Positions 1 through 10,033 are shown, counted from the stretch's first letter. The stretch: DNA of 64,000 bases from a virus (IMGVR_UViG_3300037400_005024:32001-96000); one strand, 5' to 3'. The notes: generated from the sequence alone by a model not told the origin. Numbers and translations: made by a program.

Positions 1-2
1 AT

Positions 3-404
3 AACGTTTTTAGAAAATATTTTCCTACAGAAACAATTGCTGAAGCATACGCAAGACAACCTAGAATGATTGCTAATAAAGTATATGCAAATAGATTAGG
101 CAATGGTGCAACATGTACAAATGATGGATATATCTATCGTGGTCGTGGAATTATTCAGATAACTGGCAAAGATAATTACAGAAAATTAAATTATGAAACT
201 GGTATAAACTGCGTTGAAAACCCAGATTTACTTTTAGATATGCACTTTGCTGTAATTTCAGCATTTTGGTACTGGGATTATAAAAAGTTACAAGGTAAAA
301 AGGACATTGAAGTTGTAACAAAACTTATCAATGGTGGTTTGAACGGTATTGAAGATAGAAAAAATCTATATCTTAAAATAAAGAAAATTGTAGATACTTT
401 TTAA
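3..404 (+). CDS. Glycoside hydrolase family 19 endolysin (5'-truncated by window edge)
   Basis: YRGRGIIQITGKDNY, NPDLL, AFWYW, INGGLNGIEDR GH19 motifs; frame is open from position 3 (NVFRKYFP...ARQPRMIAN). Confidence 0.9.
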   Translation, partial: NVFRKYFPTETIAEAYARQPRMIANKVYANRLGNGATCTNDGYIYRGRGIIQITGKDNYRKLNYETGINCVENPDLLLDMHFAVISAFWYWDYKKLQGKKDIEVVTKLINGGLNGIEDRKNLYLKIKKIVDTF

Positions 405-422
405 AATAAGAGTTGAATGCCT

Positions 423-480
423 TTTCATAAAATCAACGGATAAAAAATATGAACCTAAAGGTTCATATATACATCCGTTG
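423..480. repeat. Palindromic dispersed repeat A, copy 1
   Basis: caacgga...atatgaacctaaaggttcatat...tccgttg; related copies at 61401-61475 and 63133-63201. Confidence 0.8.
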
Positions 481-484
481 TACT

Positions 485-907
485 TTAGATGACGTTATCA
501 TTAAAAATCCTATTAAAAGTATTACTACAAAGCATTCCAAATGTATTGACGGGTTGATGCTTGCATATTTCATCACAAATTAAATCATACTTCCAATCAA
601 TTTTATTTGGTGTGATCTTAATTTTCTTTGTGCCAAAATGTTCTAATATTCTGTTTATATTTTTATAATCATCATCAGTAAATTTATCATTTACTTGAAT
701 TAGATATAAATCCATATTTTTATAACTAATTTTAGAAATAATAAAATGACAAGCATATAAACAATACAAATATTCTGATTGTTCAGAAATTGTGATTGCA
801 ATCATTTCCTTAGAACCATGTTTATAAACATAATTCTCTAAAAAGAATTTATTTGGATGCTTACGAATGCTCTGTATATAATCATAAATAAAATCATTAA
901 TAATCAT
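485..907 (-). CDS. Hypothetical protein
   Basis: ORF; likely start ATG 907 after GAGGAAG. Confidence 0.6.
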   Translation of the reverse strand: MIINDFIYDYIQSIRKHPNKFFLENYVYKHGSKEMIAITISEQSEYLYCLYACHFIISKISYKNMDLYLIQVNDKFTDDDYKNINRILEHFGTKKIKITPNKIDWKYDLICDEICKHQPVNTFGMLCSNTFNRIFNDNVI

Positions 908-919
908 AACTTCCTCTCT

Positions 920-955
920 GTGAACTGCCATCGACCTTCAGGTCGATAACAGTTT
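920..955 (-). mobile_element. IS200/IS605 right-end-like hairpin
   Basis: Minus strand AAACTGTT-ATCGACC-TGAA-GGTCGAT-GGCAGTTCAC: hairpin followed by GTTCAC. Confidence 0.5.
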
Positions 956-971
956 AAATTCCTAAACTAGT

Positions 972-2441
972 TTAAATTCCTAAACTTGTTAAAATATCAT
1001 CAACTGAACTTTTCATTTCTGATTTAACTTCGTCATGAATTCTCTGAATTTCTGATTTTGCAAAGTTTTCAGACTTTTCTTTATGTTCACCTGAATCAAA
1101 AGTACTTCCATTTATTCCAACGTGATCTTTAAATCTCATTCTAGAATAATCAATGTCCATTATCCATTGGTCTGTTCTACCGTTAAAACGATTTTTAGTT
1201 ACCTTTAAAATCATTGTCTTATTTGCTTTCATTTCTTCTGACTGTAATAAGAATAAAATGAAATCAGCAATCATAGCAGTACCAATAGAATCAGATAACT
1301 TCGAGTTATCAACATTTTCAGTCTGATTGATAGATCCACGATTTAACTGCGACGCTGAAATAATAGAAACACCCAATCTCAGAGCACTTGCTCTGAATTC
1401 TTCACCAATTGATTTAATATAAGAATAAAGACCTGCAGCAGGAGAAACTTTATCTGACTTTGCAATTCCTAAATAATCAACGAAGATAACATCAAATTTG
1501 ATACCTTTCTGTTGTTCGAACTTTCTTACAAGATTTTCAAGCATAGAAGCAGAAAATGAACCTGTTGGATATTCTTTAATGAAAAGTTTACCTGTATCAC
1601 CAGTTTTGAATTTATCATAAGCGTTCAAAACTTCGTCTTTTGTTACAACTTCGCCTAATTCAGAAAGTGCTTCAAGTTCTCCAGGTGTTTTAGATAAATC
1701 AGAGAATCTATTCACATCTATATTAAATACATTTGAATAAATACGTTTCATCATTTCTTTTTCAGACATTTCTAAAGAAACTAATAAAACGTTCTTGTTA
1801 TTCTGAATAAACCCTGAAATCAAGTCACACATTAACAAAGATTTACCAACACCTTGTGCAGCACAGATAACAGATAAAGTTCCTGGTAAAAAACCTGTTC
1901 CTAAACGTTTATTTAATTCTTTATGATTTGTTAAAACACCCACATTTCTTTCTGTAAAGTATTCGATCATCGAATTAACGTCATCGAAATCTAATCCAAG
2001 TGATTCATCAATCTGAACGTGTTCTCTTTCCTCGAGAACTGACATTGCTTTTAACATCAGATCTTCAGATTTTTTCTGTACACCTTCAGCACCAAGTAAA
2101 GTTCCTTCCAAGAAAATTGCATATTTGACAAATTTAACAACTTCCGTGTTAAAGAATTCAGAGTTTTCAATAACCTTAGATTCATTAACTTTCTTTAAAG
2201 ATTCTGCAATTTCTTTTCTAATTTCTGAATTTGGAACGTCCTTTGCCTTTGTTACAATTTCAACTAACGATGGAACTTTTCGATATTCTGAGTAATACTC
2301 AGAAATCATTTTAAAAATTTCTTTATTACCAGAAATTGTAAAATATTTTTCTTTTAATAAATGATAACATCTTGAAAAATACTCAGACTTTTCTAGAATA
2401 GACTTAAGTAAGATGTATTCAAATTCTTTTGAAATATCCAT
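972..2441 (-). CDS. gp41: Replicative DnaB-like helicase (T4 gp41-like)
   Basis: Walker A AQGVGKS, VSLEMSE, IKEYPTG, FVDYLGI, SASQLNR, KNRFNG. Confidence 0.93.
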   Translation of the reverse strand: MDISKEFEYILLKSILEKSEYFSRCYHLLKEKYFTISGNKEIFKMISEYYSEYRKVPSLVEIVTKAKDVPNSEIRKEIAESLKKVNESKVIENSEFFNTEVVKFVKYAIFLEGTLLGAEGVQKKSEDLMLKAMSVLEEREHVQIDESLGLDFDDVNSMIEYFTERNVGVLTNHKELNKRLGTGFLPGTLSVICAAQGVGKSLLMCDLISGFIQNNKNVLLVSLEMSEKEMMKRIYSNVFNIDVNRFSDLSKTPGELEALSELGEVVTKDEVLNAYDKFKTGDTGKLFIKEYPTGSFSASMLENLVRKFEQQKGIKFDVIFVDYLGIAKSDKVSPAAGLYSYIKSIGEEFRASALRLGVSIISASQLNRGSINQTENVDNSKLSDSIGTAMIADFILFLLQSEEMKANKTMILKVTKNRFNGRTDQWIMDIDYSRMRFKDHVGINGSTFDSGEHKEKSENFAKSEIQRIHDEVKSEMKSSVDDILTSLGI

Positions 2442-4232
2442 TTATTTTCCTCGTTTATGCAGAATATCTTTAATCATTACAGATTTAGCAATGTAATTAT
2501 TCATTGTTTTCTTAGCTTGTTTTCTATTATTATAAATCTCTGTAACTAAAGATGGAATTAAACCCTTTTTTGAAATATCAAAAAGAGCACCATTTATTCC
2601 AAGAGATAATTTATACTTCTGAAGCAACTCTGTAATTTTTTTAAACTTTTCTGGATTGTTATCTTTTAAATCAAGAAACTGTTCTTCATCCTGATCCTTT
2701 TTAATAACAGATTTTAACAAATCTCTGAGATCTGCTGGAGCTTTATCCATAGAAATGTAAGTTTCTGGACTCATATTAAATGCTGCAATACTCAGCATAG
2801 GGTACATTGAATTAACATCAACGTTCATGCACCATTTGCAAAGTCCTGGAATTGGTTCTTTAACGAATCCTCCAACGATTTTAGGAGATTCAACTTCTCT
2901 TTTAGGAGGCATAACTTTTTTCTGTTTCATTGCCTCATTTGCAATATGCTGACTCCATGGCTTTACAGTTTTCAGAGTATCATCTAGGAGAACACCCATA
3001 ATCTCAGAAACTGTACTCATCAATTCAACTAATTGTAATTTATCATTTAATTTCTTTAACAGAATAACATCAGTAATTCCGTAATAAACAAATTGAAGAT
3101 TTACATTTTTAAAAAATTCATCTGAACCATAAGATTTTCTGATAAGTTCTCTTAATTTATCTGAGTATTCTTTTTCTGTGTACTGATAATCTGTTCCAGT
3201 ATAAAAAGAATCGAATGTTAAAAATTCAGTATGAGGAACTTTGTGTTCGCCTAATTCAATTTCAGAAATATTATCAAGTGAATAAGAAGAACGTGGATCA
3301 AATGTGAACTTTTTGTAAATTTCCATAAAGTCCATAAAGAAATGTCCGTTCGAATCTAACTTATACGAAACTCGACCTTTATCATTTATAGATTTAGTCA
3401 AAGTTGTTGAACCATACTTTGAAAGAGATTCTGAAAAACCAAGATTTTTAAGTCTATTTACAATATATGGATAATCGAATCCATTTCCGTTCCAAGCAAG
3501 AATTAAAAGTGGATTTAATTTATTAAAAAGAACTAAAAATGTATTTAATAATTGAATTTCAGATTTGCAATTTGCATATTTAACAGAATAATCAAATGAA
3601 TATCCCAATTTTTCTAAATCAGATAACTCAAAATCTCTTAATCCTAAAATGTAAACAGTTTGTTCAATATTATCTAAAACTTGAATTAAAGTAATTTCTT
3701 GTTCTGCTAATCCAGGATCTGGAAATGATTGTGTTTTTTCAAATAATGTTGAATACTGAACTTCGGAAAAATTAGAACCATCTTCTGAAATCAAATAATT
3801 TTGGAGATCAGAATCTTTAAGTTTTTGAGTATCTTCAAGAGTTGTTCTGGTAATTTCACCAGTTGATTTATTTTTTAGTAAAACTTTTCTTGAGTCGGTT
3901 ATTTTATAATGAACACCTGAACGTGTTTCGATATCTAGATACCAAACTCTAGGGTTTTTATTAAATGATTTTGTTTCAATGTAATTGTCACGAATATTTC
4001 TGTAAATAGGTGAACAAGCGCCAGCATGTTCTCGAGCATCTTTCGCATTTCCGAATTTCTTCGAATATTTTATAGTACTATCAAGAAAATCTGAATAAAG
4101 ACCCTTTGGATCCTCAACAAAATATTCACTCTTTCCGTCAATTTTGTTTACTTGAGTTATACCAGTGTCTGGGTCAAAAACTCTTTCATAAACTTTAAAA
4201 TCATTCATCCATGATGTTTCAAATAGTTTCAT
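2442..4232 (-). CDS. gp43: Family B DNA polymerase, N-terminal subunit (split gp43A-like)
   Basis: Exo motifs DIET, AWNGNGFDYPY, SYSLD, YGITDV; motif A DVNSMYP; stops in the fingers before the KxxxNSxYG and YGDTDS motifs. Confidence 0.9.
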   Translation of the reverse strand: MKLFETSWMNDFKVYERVFDPDTGITQVNKIDGKSEYFVEDPKGLYSDFLDSTIKYSKKFGNAKDAREHAGACSPIYRNIRDNYIETKSFNKNPRVWYLDIETRSGVHYKITDSRKVLLKNKSTGEITRTTLEDTQKLKDSDLQNYLISEDGSNFSEVQYSTLFEKTQSFPDPGLAEQEITLIQVLDNIEQTVYILGLRDFELSDLEKLGYSFDYSVKYANCKSEIQLLNTFLVLFNKLNPLLILAWNGNGFDYPYIVNRLKNLGFSESLSKYGSTTLTKSINDKGRVSYKLDSNGHFFMDFMEIYKKFTFDPRSSYSLDNISEIELGEHKVPHTEFLTFDSFYTGTDYQYTEKEYSDKLRELIRKSYGSDEFFKNVNLQFVYYGITDVILLKKLNDKLQLVELMSTVSEIMGVLLDDTLKTVKPWSQHIANEAMKQKKVMPPKREVESPKIVGGFVKEPIPGLCKWCMNVDVNSMYPMLSIAAFNMSPETYISMDKAPADLRDLLKSVIKKDQDEEQFLDLKDNNPEKFKKITELLQKYKLSLGINGALFDISKKGLIPSLVTEIYNNRKQAKKTMNNYIAKSVMIKDILHKRGK

Positions 4233-4262
4233 TTATTCCTCTTTTTTAATTCTTTTTTAAAT

Positions 4263-4300
4263 ATTTTAAACTTATTTTTATTAAAATTTAGAAAGTCCAA
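4263..4300 (-). promoter_or_regulatory. Putative middle promoter (TTTGGA-N27-TAAAAT)
   Basis: One of about 12 copies with fixed spacing. Confidence 0.65.
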
Positions 4301-4376
4301 ATATTTTCAACTAGACAAGTGTTTCATGATTCTGTTAAATTAGTTAGAAAAATTAGATTTATTATCTTACAGTATT

Positions 4377-4406
4377 ATTATATCACAGAACTTGGCAAAA
4401 GTAAAC
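4377..4406 (-). promoter_or_regulatory. T4-type early promoter
   Basis: GTTTACT-N17-TATAAT. Confidence 0.7.
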
Positions 4407-4448
4407 TTTTTTTTTAATAGAGGTTAAAAAAAATGAGGTTTGAAAAAT

Positions 4449-4456
4449 TATAAATA
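4449..4456 (+). promoter_or_regulatory. T4-type late promoter
   Basis: TATAAATA 22 nt before ORF 4479. Confidence 0.7.
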
Positions 4457-4478
4457 AAATAAATTAAAAAAATTTAAA

Positions 4479-5072
4479 ATGTTTAAATTTGAAAATTTTC
4501 TATTTGAGAATTATTTTTCTTCTGAGAAAAATTCTAATTCTAATTCAGAAATCATAAAGCAGAATATCGGAAAATTATTCAAACTCAGAAATGATCTGGT
4601 GTTTTTGCATATTTCTGTAAAAGGTTCAAGTTTTAATGAATTACATTCTCTCTTAAATGAATATTATAATCATCTTGATGATGATATTGATTCATTACTA
4701 GAATTGTATGTTGGAATTTTCAAGAAAAGTTTCAATTTAAACGAGTTTAAGTTTTCTGATACAAATTCAGATAAATCCATTTCTAGAATTAAAAAAGTTC
4801 TCGGAGAAATTTTATCGGTTTTAGATAAAATTAAATCTGAATTCAGTAAACTGGAAAACGCTGCTGTTGATTCAAAAATCGATGGAATAGCAGAATATTA
4901 TTTTAAGCAATATACTTTTATAATCGATGGATATTTTTCAGATATTCACGAAGATGAAGGTGGAGATTGTTCCGGAGATTCTGCTTCAGTCGGAACAAGT
5001 TCATCAGATATTGCAACTGTAGATAATCGTTTTCCTGAGATTGTAAAACGTAGAAGAAAATTTAAAATTTAA
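4479..5072 (+). CDS. Dps/ferritin-like protein
   Basis: LHISVKGSSFNELHSLLNEYY...DSLLE resembles Dps HWxVxGxxFxxLHxxFEExY...DxxAE. Confidence 0.7.
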   Translation: MFKFENFLFENYFSSEKNSNSNSEIIKQNIGKLFKLRNDLVFLHISVKGSSFNELHSLLNEYYNHLDDDIDSLLELYVGIFKKSFNLNEFKFSDTNSDKSISRIKKVLGEILSVLDKIKSEFSKLENAAVDSKIDGIAEYYFKQYTFIIDGYFSDIHEDEGGDCSGDSASVGTSSSDIATVDNRFPEIVKRRRKFKI

Positions 5073-5398
5073 AATTTTGAAAAAATTAGAACGAAAGTTC
5101 TAGTTTTCAGGGGACTCTTTTTTAACTGTGGTGTTAAAAAAATGTTAAAATAACGTATTTTTAACGTGTTAAAAAGTACAGTATTTATAAAATTGCTTAG
5201 AAAGTGTGTTTTAAAATATGTTCTTTTTATATAAGAATTGAAGTATTTTTAAAATATCTTAAATAAGTATTTTAAAACAAGTTAAAAAAAAAGAGTTTTA
5301 AAAAAGATTCAAAAGAAGTGTTAGAATTTCTCAAAGCACTTTTAAATAATCCCCCTGAAAAAATTGAAATTTTATTCAAAAATTCCAATCTCTTTTTC

Positions 5399-5597
5399 TC
5401 AGAAACTTTGTTTAAATTTTCTCAGAATCAGAATGCGCTTCGCGCAAACTTTCTGAATCAAAATAAAACTTTCTGAGAAAATTTAAAATTCATACTTTTC
5501 TTTATTAAAAAAAAACGTATTTTAAAAAACTTTTTACTCAGAAAGTTTGTTTAAATTTTCTCAGAATCAGAATGCACAATTCACGCAAACTTTCTGA
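5399..5597. repeat. Two ~58-bp hairpin-forming direct repeats in a 540-bp noncoding region
   Basis: tcagaaa(c/g)tttgtttaaattttctcagaatcagaatgc...cgcaaactttctga at ~5399 and ~5538; the spacer recurs inverted at ~57428-57505. Confidence 0.8.
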
Positions 5598-5611
5598 GAA
5601 AATTTCAAAAA

Positions 5612-7792
5612 TTATTCTGCAATTGAAACTTCAATAAAACAACTCTGATTCAACGAACTAATCAAAGATACTGTACCAGGATTTGTAAATGGCTTCGTTG
5701 TTGTAATCTTGAAGAATATTTCACCATTGCTATCAAAAGTAAATGTTCTGTTATTTACAGGTAATGAACCTTCGTTAACAATTACGATATCTCCGGTTGA
5801 TACAATTTTGGCACTAGATCCAGGTAATCCCTTCATTACAGTAACTTGAACTTCTTCATTCTTAGCAATTTCATATTTTTCTGCAACCATTTCAGGAGTA
5901 AAGAAACCAGGCTTTTTAGAAGTATATGAAACACTAGATGAACTTTCGTTAGTTTCGTTAGCCAACAATGTCAGAGCATTTTTATCATATCCAGAACCTT
6001 GTTTAATTTCTTCAAGAGTTCCAATATTTTCCACATTCTTATCAAAATCAGTCTGAGATTCTGCAGGGAATTTGATGAAATCGTTCTGCTCACCCTGATT
6101 TAAGTAAATATTTGTGCTTAAAGTTTTATGAATTCCAGTTAAAACGTAATGTGCTGGCCATTCTCTAAGAGTTGTTCCAAGTTCAGCAAACGCATAACAC
6201 TTTAAAACATTATCAGAAACAAATCCGTAGAAATGAGATGCATCGACTTGATTATTTTCATAAAATGCTTTCTGAGTTGATCCAAAACCCGATCCTCTTG
6301 GAACGAAGTCAAATTTAGTTTTAACAGGAATTGTTCCAGGAATTACTTGAACTGTCCAGTTATAATTTTCAGGATGCACAATACCAGCTTTTTGAATCTG
6401 AACTTCGAAAACTCCTTTAAAATCACCTTGAATAGTTATAAACTTATCTTTTGATGAAATACCGTTTATAATTTCTGATTTTTCTTCATTATAAGAGTTT
6501 TCACGTCTTTTAACTAAAAGTTCTGGATATTCATCAGAAAAACCCGCTTTCAGTGAAATGTTTTGATTATCAGAACCATTTATCAGAACTTGTTTAACGA
6601 AAGTTGCTTGATTATTCTGCTGAACTAAATCATAAATGGTTTTTCCTGAAATCTTAGTAACTGAAATTGGTGACTCATCTCCATATAGAGAATTTAAACG
6701 TTTTGCAATTTCTTTTCCAGTTAAATCAGAATCGGTTGTTTTCTTATCAAGAAGATTGTTTATTTCTTTTTTAGTGTAGGCATCTCTAATATTATAACCT
6801 GAAATAGAATTTGCTTTGTTTGCTTTTAACGCTAATTCTGAAGCAAATTCATCATTTGAAACTTTTTCATTAAAAAAGCTTCTAAGTTCAGATTTAGTGA
6901 AAATATCAGAACTTTTAACGATATTAGAATCTGTATAAATTTGTTTTTCTAATTTGTCTAATTCAGAATCTGTTTCTTCTTTAGAATAAACTTCTGATTT
7001 TGTATAATAATCTTCAAGAACTTTCTTTAACTTTGAATCAGAAACAACATCTTGAACTCCAGCTAAAGTTCCTGCAACAATTTTGATTTTATCTTTATCT
7101 TTACATGGAACTTCGAGAGTTATTTGATTTTTTCCAATTTCATATTCAGAAGGACTTAAAAGAATACCATTTTTGAAAACAGATGCATAGAAAGTATCAA
7201 AATCAGTATTAAAAATATATTGGTCTTGTTCTGCAATAATTTCAGTACTTGGAAGAACATATCCAGATTCAAATGCCATTGTATAAAGCACTGAAATTGT
7301 TTCAGTTCCGAGAAGAGGTTTATAGAAATTTATAAAAGAACCTTCAATATAGTATTCTGAGCGATCAAGCAAAATACCTTCAACAAATACACATGGTGTT
7401 CCAACAGGATCAGTTACAGGAAGTTCAATTTGTGTCTGACCTTCAGTTGCTTTAAAATGCAAGTAATGGAATGAATCTTTTAGTTGAAGTTCCTTTAAAG
7501 ATGGTAAATCAAACTTTTTCCAGAATTGAGAATTTTCTGGAGTATTTGCGATGTTAACATCAATTAAAGACTTGTAACAATAACCTCTGTACTTGACATA
7601 TTCGTCAATTTCGTAAGGCTTTTCCGGGTTGTAGGTTTCAATTTCATTTCCTACAATTAAATCAATATATGATTTTAATTCTCTAATTTCTCGTTTTAAA
7701 CGCAATAATCCAGAATTTAAAACAGTTTCATTCGGTGCACTATTGTTTTTAATTCTGTAATTATTGAAAAAAGTATCAAATGATGTGAACAT
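5612..7792 (-). CDS. Virion structural protein (baseplate/fibre-like, N-terminal carbohydrate-binding-like module)
   Basis: YxxxxxYxxxxxVxYxG...W module, ATEGQT/VFVEGILL repeats, YTKxE fibre repeats; late operon. Confidence 0.55.
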   Translation of the reverse strand: MFTSFDTFFNNYRIKNNSAPNETVLNSGLLRLKREIRELKSYIDLIVGNEIETYNPEKPYEIDEYVKYRGYCYKSLIDVNIANTPENSQFWKKFDLPSLKELQLKDSFHYLHFKATEGQTQIELPVTDPVGTPCVFVEGILLDRSEYYIEGSFINFYKPLLGTETISVLYTMAFESGYVLPSTEIIAEQDQYIFNTDFDTFYASVFKNGILLSPSEYEIGKNQITLEVPCKDKDKIKIVAGTLAGVQDVVSDSKLKKVLEDYYTKSEVYSKEETDSELDKLEKQIYTDSNIVKSSDIFTKSELRSFFNEKVSNDEFASELALKANKANSISGYNIRDAYTKKEINNLLDKKTTDSDLTGKEIAKRLNSLYGDESPISVTKISGKTIYDLVQQNNQATFVKQVLINGSDNQNISLKAGFSDEYPELLVKRRENSYNEEKSEIINGISSKDKFITIQGDFKGVFEVQIQKAGIVHPENYNWTVQVIPGTIPVKTKFDFVPRGSGFGSTQKAFYENNQVDASHFYGFVSDNVLKCYAFAELGTTLREWPAHYVLTGIHKTLSTNIYLNQGEQNDFIKFPAESQTDFDKNVENIGTLEEIKQGSGYDKNALTLLANETNESSSSVSYTSKKPGFFTPEMVAEKYEIAKNEEVQVTVMKGLPGSSAKIVSTGDIVIVNEGSLPVNNRTFTFDSNGEIFFKITTTKPFTNPGTVSLISSLNQSCFIEVSIAE

Positions 7793-7804
7793 CAGTTATC
7801 CTCT

Positions 7805-8104
7805 TTATTTTAGTATTAAGTATAATGTTTGATCTTTAGTTGCCTGTGATAAATCTGAAACAACTTGAATTTTATCACGAAGATTTACTAAAGTAGCATA
7901 AGTTGAAACAACTTCGGCCTTTGATAAAATTATTCTGTCTGTTTTATCAAAAACATTTGCCTGTACTTTTACGTACTCATCACCTGAACTACTTACAATG
8001 ATTGTTCCAAGAGCGAGATCTATAAAATCTTTATCAGAACTTAACTCAGCCTGAGAACCGTCACTCTTTTTAATTTTGAAGTTTTTATAAAAATTAGATG
8101 CCAT
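7805..8104 (-). CDS. Hypothetical virion/fibre-associated protein
   Basis: Late promoter 8130-8137; C-terminal KIQVV..LY motif shared with ORF 26452. Confidence 0.5.
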   Translation of the reverse strand: MASNFYKNFKIKKSDGSQAELSSDKDFIDLALGTIIVSSSGDEYVKVQANVFDKTDRIILSKAEVVSTYATLVNLRDKIQVVSDLSQATKDQTLYLILK

Positions 8105-8137
8105 TATAAATAATTTAAAACATTTTATTTATTTATA
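8105..8137. promoter_or_regulatory. Pair of oppositely oriented late promoters
   Basis: TATAAATA at 8105-8112 (+) and 8130-8137 (-). Confidence 0.7.
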
Positions 8138-8138
8138 T

Positions 8139-9086
8139 ATGATAAGCCACGGAACAATAAATTTATACACAGCAGCATTGTTATCTTTTTTAAGAAAGGT
8201 TAAAATTGAATATTTAGATGAAAATAAAAACTTGGTTTCTAAGAATATTCCAATTATGTACTCTTCTAAAGAAAAAGCAAAAAGTCTTGAATTTTTTGAC
8301 TCCGACGATTTTGTTTCTGGAAATGTTAACCTTTTACCAAGAGGAACGTTAGCACTTGTTTCTATAATGAAACGAGAAGATGCTCTTTTGAACAGAAATA
8401 TAAAAATAAATAAAGTGAACTTAAACGGTTCTTTTGAATATTCATATAATTCAGTTCCATTCTCATTTGTGTATGAATTTAATATATTTTGTAGAGGTAT
8501 GTCTGAGTTAACATCTTTGATTGAAATTATAATGCCTAAATTCAATCCAAACTTGTCTTTAGATGTTTACGATGTTGCAAATTTAGATGAACCTTCTAGA
8601 GTTCCATTGAAACTGATGGATGTCACATTTAGTGAAGTTGATGAGTTTTCAGAAACATCTAAAAACATCTGGAATTTAACATTCTCTATGCAAATTGATG
8701 GAAATCTATATCAGAATATTAAAAGAATAAACCCTATTCTTGAATATAACACTTTTACTTCATCTAATTCAGATTTTAAATACATTGAACATATCAATAA
8801 TACAATTTATACTGCACATTTCAAAAATACTAAATTATCTAGTAAAAACAATGAATTAAAAGTTATTTTTAAAACTGCTTTAGATTTACCTGAAATCACT
8901 TGGTCTTTAAGTAATGATATAACTTTTAAAACTTCTAAAGATAAGTCAACTATTTATTTTGACATTCCAGAAGAAATTTTAGAAAATTTAAACGCCGATG
9001 AAAAAGGTAAGTACATCATTGCGTCATGTTCTTTAAAAACTGTATCAGATGATTATACGATAACAAACAAATTCTATTTACAGTAA
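8139..9086 (+). CDS. gp15: Tail terminator/sheath stabiliser (gp15-like)
   Basis: IPIMYSSKEK, LLPR, VPFSFVYEF, IEIIMPKFNP motifs. Confidence 0.75.
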   Translation: MISHGTINLYTAALLSFLRKVKIEYLDENKNLVSKNIPIMYSSKEKAKSLEFFDSDDFVSGNVNLLPRGTLALVSIMKREDALLNRNIKINKVNLNGSFEYSYNSVPFSFVYEFNIFCRGMSELTSLIEIIMPKFNPNLSLDVYDVANLDEPSRVPLKLMDVTFSEVDEFSETSKNIWNLTFSMQIDGNLYQNIKRINPILEYNTFTSSNSDFKYIEHINNTIYTAHFKNTKLSSKNNELKVIFKTALDLPEITWSLSNDITFKTSKDKSTIYFDIPEEILENLNADEKGKYIIASCSLKTVSDDYTITNKFYLQ

Positions 9087-9119
9087 TAATTTTATCCTCA
9101 GCTTTCATTTTAATTAAAA

Positions 9120-9145
9120 AAAAGCACTCAGAAATGAGTGCTTTA
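9120..9145 (+). terminator. Intrinsic terminator
   Basis: aaagcactca-gaaa-tgagtgcttt. Confidence 0.75.
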
Positions 9146-9261
9146 TTTTTAATCTGTTTAAATATTAGGTTGTATAACACAATTTTTAACTTTATTTTAT
9201 AATTAATTCTTAATAGAAAACTGATGTGAATTGAACATCGGTTAAAGATGAGGAATAGAAA

Positions 9262-9834
9262 ATGAAATTTTGTAATTTAAAAACATGGGTTAACAAAGAT
9301 GATGTCAAGGTAGGTGATGAGGGATATTTTGCCAATGACATTTGTATTTTAGAAAAAAATATAGAAAGAGATTTTAAACACAAGATTAAGCATATAGATC
9401 AATTTAGAGGTAACTGTTTTGTTGCCGAAATAGATGACAACGAACCTAGTCACTGTTCTGCGTATTCGGGTTATACTTTCTTTTTACCCAGTGAAAGAGC
9501 CGGAAAACCAACATATAGACCTATAGCGAATATTGATGAACTTCTTGATTTTCTGGTACCAGATTTAGACACCAATGCTGTTTGCGATAGTTCAGGAAAC
9601 AATGATGAAATTATCAGGTATAAAAAAGCTGAGCTTTTGCTCGGAAAGAAAATCACATTAAGAGAAAAACAGGGTGCATATACAAACGTTGTGATTATTC
9701 AGAGCGTTGATTTCTACGGTGATAGTGATGCCGGTGAAGATATACACATAAATAACAATCCACTAAATTTTATGTTTGAGGCCTATAAAATTTTAATAGA
9801 TGGCGAATTTGTGCCTTTTGGAGTGAAAGCATAA
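9262..9834 (+). CDS. Hypothetical protein
   Basis: ORF with GAGGA RBS; middle-type promoter at 9165-9203. Confidence 0.7.
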   Translation: MKFCNLKTWVNKDDVKVGDEGYFANDICILEKNIERDFKHKIKHIDQFRGNCFVAEIDDNEPSHCSAYSGYTFFLPSERAGKPTYRPIANIDELLDFLVPDLDTNAVCDSSGNNDEIIRYKKAELLLGKKITLREKQGAYTNVVIIQSVDFYGDSDAGEDIHINNNPLNFMFEAYKILIDGEFVPFGVKA

Positions 9835-9835
9835 A

Positions 9836-10033
9836 ATGATACCTTTATGGCTAACAACTACATGTTCAATTATATTGCTAATGGTTATCCTCTATAATCT
9901 TATAACATCAGATATAAACTGGAAACTTCTGCAAAGTACTATTAAATCATTTGCAGAAATTACTATAGCAGTGATTACTGCTATCTGTATAGTAGTTATT
10001 ACTATATCAATAGCTCAAAGATTTCTATGCTGA
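9836..10033 (+). CDS. Small membrane protein
   Basis: Two hydrophobic helices; abuts previous ORF. Confidence 0.55.
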   Translation: MIPLWLTTTCSIILLMVILYNLITSDINWKLLQSTIKSFAEITIAVITAICIVVITISIAQRFLC

